This document shows, piece after piece, positions 57,316 through 64,000 of a stretch of DNA of 64,000 nucleotides. The stretch is from the human T2T-CHM13v2.0 reference genome, Homo sapiens: NCBI RefSeq assembly GCF_009914755.1, contig NC_060942.1; one strand, 5' to 3'. The notes below the pieces were generated by a model that saw only the letters and a program-made list of their open reading frames with translations, was not told the DNA's origin and searched no databases. The first letter of the stretch is position 1. Each line of letters begins with the position of its first letter. The translations under genes and the position numbers were made by a program.

Positions 57316-57684
57316 TGCTATGGAGAGAACTGCATAATCCCAAAATTAATATGTTGAAGCCCTAAACCCCTTGACTCTATTGGAAACAGGGTCTTTAAGG
57401 AGATGATCATGGTAGGTGAAGCTACAAGAGTGGGGCCCTTATGAAGTAGAACTGGTGACTTCATAAGACTAGGAAGAGAAACTAGAGCTCTGCCTCTACC
57501 ACATGAGAACACAGAAAGAAGGTGGCCATCTGCAAGCCAGAAAGAGAGCCCTCACCAGAACCCAACCATCCTGCATCCCACTCTAAAAAGTCCCAGCCTC
57601 CAGAATTGTGAGAAAATAAATTTCTGTTGTTTAAGCCACCTAGTCTATGGTATTTTGTTGTGGATGCCATAGCAAACTAAATTA
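57316..57684 (+). mobile_element. MLT1A-type MaLR solo LTR
   Basis: tgctatgg...atatgttgaagccctaa...aaggtggccatctgcaagcc...cagcctccagaattgtgagaaaataaatttctgttgtttaagccacc. Confidence 0.88.
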
Positions 57685-57768
57685 ATATTGATATATAGGA
57701 AAAAATTATAATAATTTCCAAATACAAGGATAAATATAATCAAAAAAGTAGAAATAAATGTTGTCTAG

Positions 57769-60147
57769 TGATATGGTTTGGCTCTCTGTCCCCACTCAAA
57801 TCTCATGTTGAATTGTAATTCCCAGTATTTGAGGGGGAACCTAGTCGGAGGTGATTGGAACATGGGAGCAGATTTCCTCCTTGTTGTTTGCATAACAGTG
57901 AGTGAGTTCTCATGAGATCTTGTTGTTTGAAAATGTGTAGCAATTCCTTCTTCACATTCTCCCTCCTGCCAGCCATGGAAGACATGCCTCCTTCATCTTC
58001 ACCTTTTGCCATAATTGTAAGTTTCCTGTGGCCTACCTAACCAGGCTTCCTGTACAGCCTGCAGAATTGTGAGTCAATTAAACCTCTTTTCTTTATAAAT
58101 TACTTAATCTCAGGTAGTTTTTTATAGCTGTGCGAGAACATACTAATACAGAAAATTGGTACCAGAGAAGTGGGGCATTGCTGTAAATATTCCTGAAAAT
58201 GTGGAAGCAGCTTTGGAACTGGGTAACGGGCAGAGGTTGGAACAGTTTGGAGGGCTTAGAAGAAGACAGGAAGATGAGGGAAAGTCTGGAACTTCCTAGA
58301 GACTTGTTAAGTGTTGTAAACAAAATGCTGTTAGTGATATGGACAGCTGAGGAAGTCTCAGATGGAGATGAGGAACTTATTATGAACTCTTAAAGGTCAC
58401 TGTTTCTATGCCTAAGCAAAGAGACTGACATTGTGCCCCTGCTGTAGCGATCTGTGGGACTTTGAGAGAGATGATTTAGGGCGTATGGTGGAAGAAATAT
58501 CTAAGCAGTAAAGCATTAAAGAATTTGCCTGGCTGTTTCAAACAGTGTATGCTTATTTGCATAAACAAAGAGATTGTCTGAAACTGGAACTTATATTTAA
58601 AAGGGAAGCAAAGCATAAAAGTTTCAAAAAATTGCATGCTGACCATGTGATAGAAAATAAAAACCCATTTTTGGAGGAGAAATTCAAGCTAGCTGCAGAA
58701 ATTTGCAAATGTAAACAGGAAACAAATGTTAATAGTCAAGGCAATGGGAAAAATGCCTCCAAGGCATTTCAGAGAAATTGATGGAAGTCCCTCCCATCAC
58801 AGGCCCAGAAGTCTAGGAGGGAAAAATGGTTTCATGAGCCAGGGCAAAGGCTAGCTGCTCTATGCAGCCTCAGGACATGGTGCCCTGCCTCCCAGCTGCT
58901 CCAGCTCCACCCAGAGCTAAAAGGGCCCCAGATACAATGTCTTAGGCTTCTGCTCTAAAGGATGCAAGCTGTAAGCCTTGGCAGCTTTCACATGATGTTA
59001 AGCCTGTGGGTGTGCAGACAGCAAGATTTGAGACTTGGGAGCTTCTGCCTAGATTTTAGAGGATGTGTGGAAATGCCTTGATGTCCAGGCAGAATTTTGC
59101 TGCAGGTATGGAGTACTCATGGCGAACCTCTACTAGGACAGTGTAGAGAGGAAATGTGGAGTTGGATTCCTCACACTGAGTCCCCACTGGGGCACTGCCT
59201 AGTGGAGCTGTGAAAAGAGGGCCACTATCCTCCAGCCACCAAAATGGTAGATCCACCAACAGCTTGCTCTGTGAGTTTGGAAAAGCTGCAGGCACTCAAT
59301 GCCAGCCTGTGAAAACAATGGTGGGGGCTGTACCCTGCAGAGCCACAGGAAAAGTGCTGCCCAAGACCTTGGGGCCCATCCTTTGCATCACTGTGTCCGG
59401 GATGTAAGACATCTAATCAAAGGAGATTATTTTGGAGCTTTAAGATTTAATGATTACCCTGCTAGATTTCAGACTTGCATAGAGCCTGTAGCCCCTTTGT
59501 TTTGGCCAATTTCTTTATTTTGGAATGAGATCATCTGCACAATGCCTGTACCCCATTGTATCTTGGAAGTAACTAGTTTTTTATTTTACAGGCTCATAGG
59601 TAGAAGGATTCGCATTGTCTCAGATGAAACTTTGGACGTAGACTTCTGAGTTAATGCTGGAATGGGTTTAGGCTTTGGGGAACTGTTGAAAAAGCATGAT
59701 TGTCCTTTGAATTGGGATTGTCCTTATGTGAAAAGGACATAAGATTTTGGAAGGACCAGGGGCAGAATGATATGTTTTTTCTCTGTGTCCCCACTCAAAT
59801 CTCATGTTGAATTGTAATCTCTAATGTTGGAGGAGAGACCTAGTCAGAGGTGTTTGGATCATGGGGGCAAATTTTCTTCTTGCTGATCTCATGATAGTAA
59901 GTTCTCACAAGATCTGCTTATTTAAAAGTGTGTAGCACTTCCCTGTCACTCCTTCTCTCTCCTTCTGGCCATGTGACGACTTACCTGCTTCTCTTTCACA
60001 TTTTGCCATGATTGTAAGTTTCCTGAGGACTTCCCAGCCATGCTTCCTGTACAGCCTGTGGGACTGTGAGTAAATTAAACCTCTTTTCTTTATAAATTAC
60101 TAGGTCTTGGGTAGTTCTGTATAGCCATGTAAGAATGGACTAATACG
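57769..60147 (+). mobile_element. Complete THE1D-type MaLR element (LTR 57769-58150, internal 58151-59767, LTR 59768-60147)
   Basis: Two homologous LTRs (tgatatg...actaataca/actaatacg) flank a typical THE1 internal region (gaaaattggtacc...gtggaagcagctttggaactgggtaac...ggaccaggggcagaa); degraded TSD tctag/tctgt. Confidence 0.92.
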
Positions 60148-60329
60148 TCTGTATAGTCTGGATTCACAGAGACAATTGAAATGTTATCTTGCAGTTAACA
60201 TTTATCATTTAGATAAAATTTGATTAAATGGACAGAAAACCCTTTGCAAAAAGACAAGTGAATGGAAAAGTGTATCATTATTTTATGACAATTGTGAAAC
60301 TGATTTTCTCAGACCACAATGTTTGTTTA

Positions 60330-61600
60330 TCCAGAAAACATAGGGGAAATGCTTCGTGATATTGGACCGGGCAAGGATTTTCTGAATAAGACCTTAAAAG
60401 CATGGACAACAAAAGCAAAAATAGACAAATGAGACTATATCAAACTGAAAATTTTCTGCACAGGAAAGGAAACAATAAAGTGAAAAGGCAACCTTCAGAA
60501 CAGGAGAAAGTATTTGCAAATTACTTATCTGTCAAGGAGTTAATGTCTAGATTATAAAAGGAACTCAAACAACTCAGTAGCAATAAAACAAATAGTCTAA
60601 TTAGAAATAGGCAAAACACCTGAATAGACATTTATTAAAAGAAGATATGCAAGTGGCCAATAGTTCTATGAAAAAAAAACTCTACATCACTAATCATCAG
60701 AGAAATGCAAATCAAAACCACAATATGATATCACCTTGCTCCAGTTAAAATAGCTATTATCAAAAAGACAAAATAATGACAGATACTAGTGAGACTGCAG
60801 GAAAAAGGGAACTCTTATACACTGTTGGTGAGAATGTAAATCAGTACATCCATTATAAATAACACTATGAGGATTCGTCAAAAATTTAAAAATGGAACTA
60901 TCATATGACTCAGCAATCCCATTAAAAAACATATATCAAAAGGAAATAAAATCAGTTGGTCAAAGAGACATCCGAACACTCATGTTTATTGCAGCACTAT
61001 TTACAATAACTAAGATATGGAATCAACCTAAATGCCTATATACAGATGAATGAGTAAAGGAACTGTGATCTATATATAAAAAATGGAATAGTATTTGGCC
61101 AAATAAAGAAAGAAATTCTGTCATTTGCAGTTCCATGGGTGAACCTAAAGGACATTATTCTAGGTGAAATAATCCATGCACAGAAAGACAAATACTACAT
61201 CATCTCATTTGTATGTGGAATCTTAAAAAGTTGATTTCATAGAAGTAGAGAGTGGAATAGTGGTTACCAGAGGATGGAGAAGGTAGTGAGGATAGAGGGG
61301 GACCTGACAAGGTTGGTCAATGGGTACAAAATTACAGTTAAACAGAAATAATAAGTTTTGGTGTTCTATTACCAGTAGGGTGACTAGACAATAATAACGT
61401 AGTATATATTTCAAAATAGCTAGAAGCTAAGATTCTGAACGTTGTCACTACAAATAAATGATAAATGTTTAAAGTGATGGATATGGCAATTATCCCAATT
61501 TGATCATTATACTGTGTATACAGGCATTGAAATGTCATAATATATCGCCAAAATATGTAAAATTATTATGTGTCAATTATAAATATAAAATTAAGCAATC
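60330..61600 (+). mobile_element. L1MA-type ORF2 C-terminus and 3'UTR
   Basis: agaaaacataggggaaatgcttc...aaaagcaaaaatagacaaatgagactatatcaaact...aaatgcaaatcaaaaccacaat...tatgtgtcaatta. Confidence 0.9.
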
Positions 61601-62119
61601 AAAAAGAACACCATACATAGTAATAAAGGACTTTGAATGACCAACCACAGGCTAGAACTCCCCACTTGACATCCTGATGATAAAAAAGAAACAATGGGAG
61701 ATAAAAGAAAAGGAAACACTGGCCCCTTGAATTACACTCAGAGTTGGGTAGGTAACACCTGGCCAGCTAGAATAATGCTATTACTTCCCTGGAGCCATAG
61801 CCATAAAAGATTGGGAGATTGTACCCAATATTTGCAGGAAAACGTTGAGGCTATTCCTCCTGCCGGTCGTGCTAGGGAAAGGTTAACACACATGTCTATG
61901 TGAGGACAAAAATATCTGTGTTGCTTCCAAGCACTCTAATAGAAATTGGAAAGAGACATCTGGATTGATATTTGTTCTTATCTTCTGTTTTACATTTTGT
62001 GTCCTGAGATTTGTCTTGCAGTGGAGAGAACAAGGAATATGAGGGATAGCATGCTTGTTCCATTGTTCTCACACAGGAGAAAGTTTTGATCTAATTTGAA
62101 CATGTGGGGATGAAATATA

Positions 62120-62780
62120 GTAGTAGTAGGGGCAAAAACATGCAGTTTGAAGCCAGAAACACCAGTATGCAAATGCTGGATTAGCCACATAGTAAATCTT
62201 AGATCTTGGGTTTGTTTTTTAACCTCTCTGAGCACTAATCTCCTGATATGGTTTGGATGTTTTGTCTCCGCCAAATCTTATGTTGAAATGTGACCTCCAG
62301 TGTTAGAGGTAGGCCTAGTGGGAAGTGTTTGTGTCATGGGGGCAGATACCTCAGGAATGGCTTGGTACCATTCCCATGGTAATAAGTGAGTTCTCAATCT
62401 CATAGTTCGCCTTGAGATCTAGTTGTTTAAAAGAGACTGGCACCTCCTCCTCTCTCTTTTGGTCCTTCTCTTACCATGTGACATGCTAGCTTCCCTCCCT
62501 CTTCCTCCATGATTGTAAGCTTCCTGAGGCCTTCACTAGAAGAAGATGCTATCACCATTCTTCCTGTAAAGCCTGCAGAACAGTGAGCCAAAATAGACCT
62601 CTTCTTTTTTTTTTTTACTGTAAATTACCCAGTTACAGGTATTCCTTTATAGTCCTGCAAACAGATTAACACCCCTCATTTGAAAGAATACTTACCTGGT
62701 CAGGTTATCTTCATGATTACATGAAGCTTACATGAGCTTAGATATAGAATAACAAAGTATAATAATCAATCATTACATGA
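62120..62780 (+). mobile_element. MIR split by an MST LTR
   Basis: ttaacctctctgagcactaatctcc|LTR|ctcatttgaaag...atacttacct...gattacatga. Confidence 0.6.
62244..62673 (+). mobile_element. MSTA/MSTB MaLR solo LTR
   Basis: tgatatggtttggatgttttgtc...caaatcttatgttgaaatgtgacctcc...catgattgtaagcttcctgaggcc...aaattacccag...ggtattcctttatag. Confidence 0.9.
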
Positions 62781-64000
62781 TAGATATCTCATAAATGTGA
62801 GGGTTTTAAAAATTACTTTTACCTTTCACCTCAGCTTTGATTTATATGGTAGTAGCAGACTCTATCTTATAAAAAATGCTAGATTTATTTTGAAGTATCT
62901 GTATGACAAAAAGGCAAGTCATCAAAAGCATCCTCCCAACTGGTCAAATAAATTTTGTTATAAATATGCAATTATTTTCAGGCATTAAAATCAAAATATA
63001 ATTTTTTCACAGTGAAAATGATATACGTTATTTTGAAAAATATAATAAATGCCACATATTATGATTTAATTATTTTTAAAAGCATGATTTCTTTTGTGAC
63101 TATAAATACATTAAAAATTAATAGTAGCACACATAAACACAATGTTACTATTAACATCTATTTTTAGAAGTGTCAGTGATTCTTTGTGGTTTCCCTGTCT
63201 TTTTATGAAAGTATCTCCATAAGACACAAAGTTCCTAGGCCTAGCCTTTCAGTTTTTTGACTGTTCCCCCATGTCCCACTTTGTAAATGTTCATTTGCTT
63301 GTAATAGCAATTTATGTCACTGTGCATTATACGGATGGCCTAATTCAAGGCCAGTCATCCAGTGGAGATGTCTTTACTTCGAGGGAAGTTGGTTAATGGT
63401 TGGAACCAGAACATTTTATGTTACCATATCATTGAACTGTATTTTCTACAATGTCTTTTTACTGACTGTGCCTAAAAACATTTCATTATGTCCAATCATA
63501 TATACTCATTCTTATTAGAAGATTATCATTTTCCTTGTAGTTCCACCTGCCCAATGCCAGTGATGCTTCAGGTTTCTTACACTGCCATAAGAAAAGAGTT
63601 GGCTTTAAATAAAAACTCTTATTATTCATCAGGTGTCTGGTGATTTAAATAAATGAAATGTGCCATCCTTCATTGAAAGAGATAGCACTCCTGGTCAGAA
63701 TCTAGTATATGTGGCAGCGGAGGGGGCAAGCTACATGACTTTAGAGGCTCTAAGAGTCTCTCCCAACTCACCTGCATTTTCTTCCTACAGGAAAGTTGAT
63801 TCTTGACATTCCTTGAAAAGATCCCACTGACTTTTACCATTTTCCTTCATTCATCCATTCATTTCTTCTTTCTTTTTTATAAAAGATTTAAAGCAACAAT
63901 CATATTTTATAATTTCTGTTTCACTTTGCCAATTCAAAAATAAATTCTTCAACATTAAAATTAAAGAGAATAACATATAGTGAAGATACAATATATAAGC

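Noticed and set aside
58199-59649. ORFs in the THE1 internal region
   Set aside because: Broken remnants of the MaLR internal ORF.
63714-63730. Possible CTCF site (ggcagcggagggggca)
   Set aside because: Lacks the CC core of the consensus.

Overview
AT-rich primate (probably human or other catarrhine) intronic or intergenic DNA dominated by transposable elements: nine Alus, several L1 and L2 fragments, MIRs, DNA transposons (Tigger1, MER2, MER44, MER5A, MER53, MER63) and many LTR elements. I can support no protein-coding gene, tRNA, rRNA or snRNA, and most listed ORFs are repeat-derived or chance. Repeat family names come from recalled consensus sequences, not a database search, and the boundaries of old elements are approximate. 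Most notable: (1) three ERV1 solo LTRs within 4 kb (14.5-18.6 kb), one carrying a 4x69-bp array of NF-kB, AP-1 and CCAAT sites and one LTR12 that appears to have lost its core promoter; (2) several templated inverted-duplication scars, including a 47-bp-arm hairpin inside Tigger1; (3) a series of minus-strand exon-like segments that may belong to a spliced non-coding RNA. I found no evidence for a wholly new biological system; the findings are testable hypotheses.
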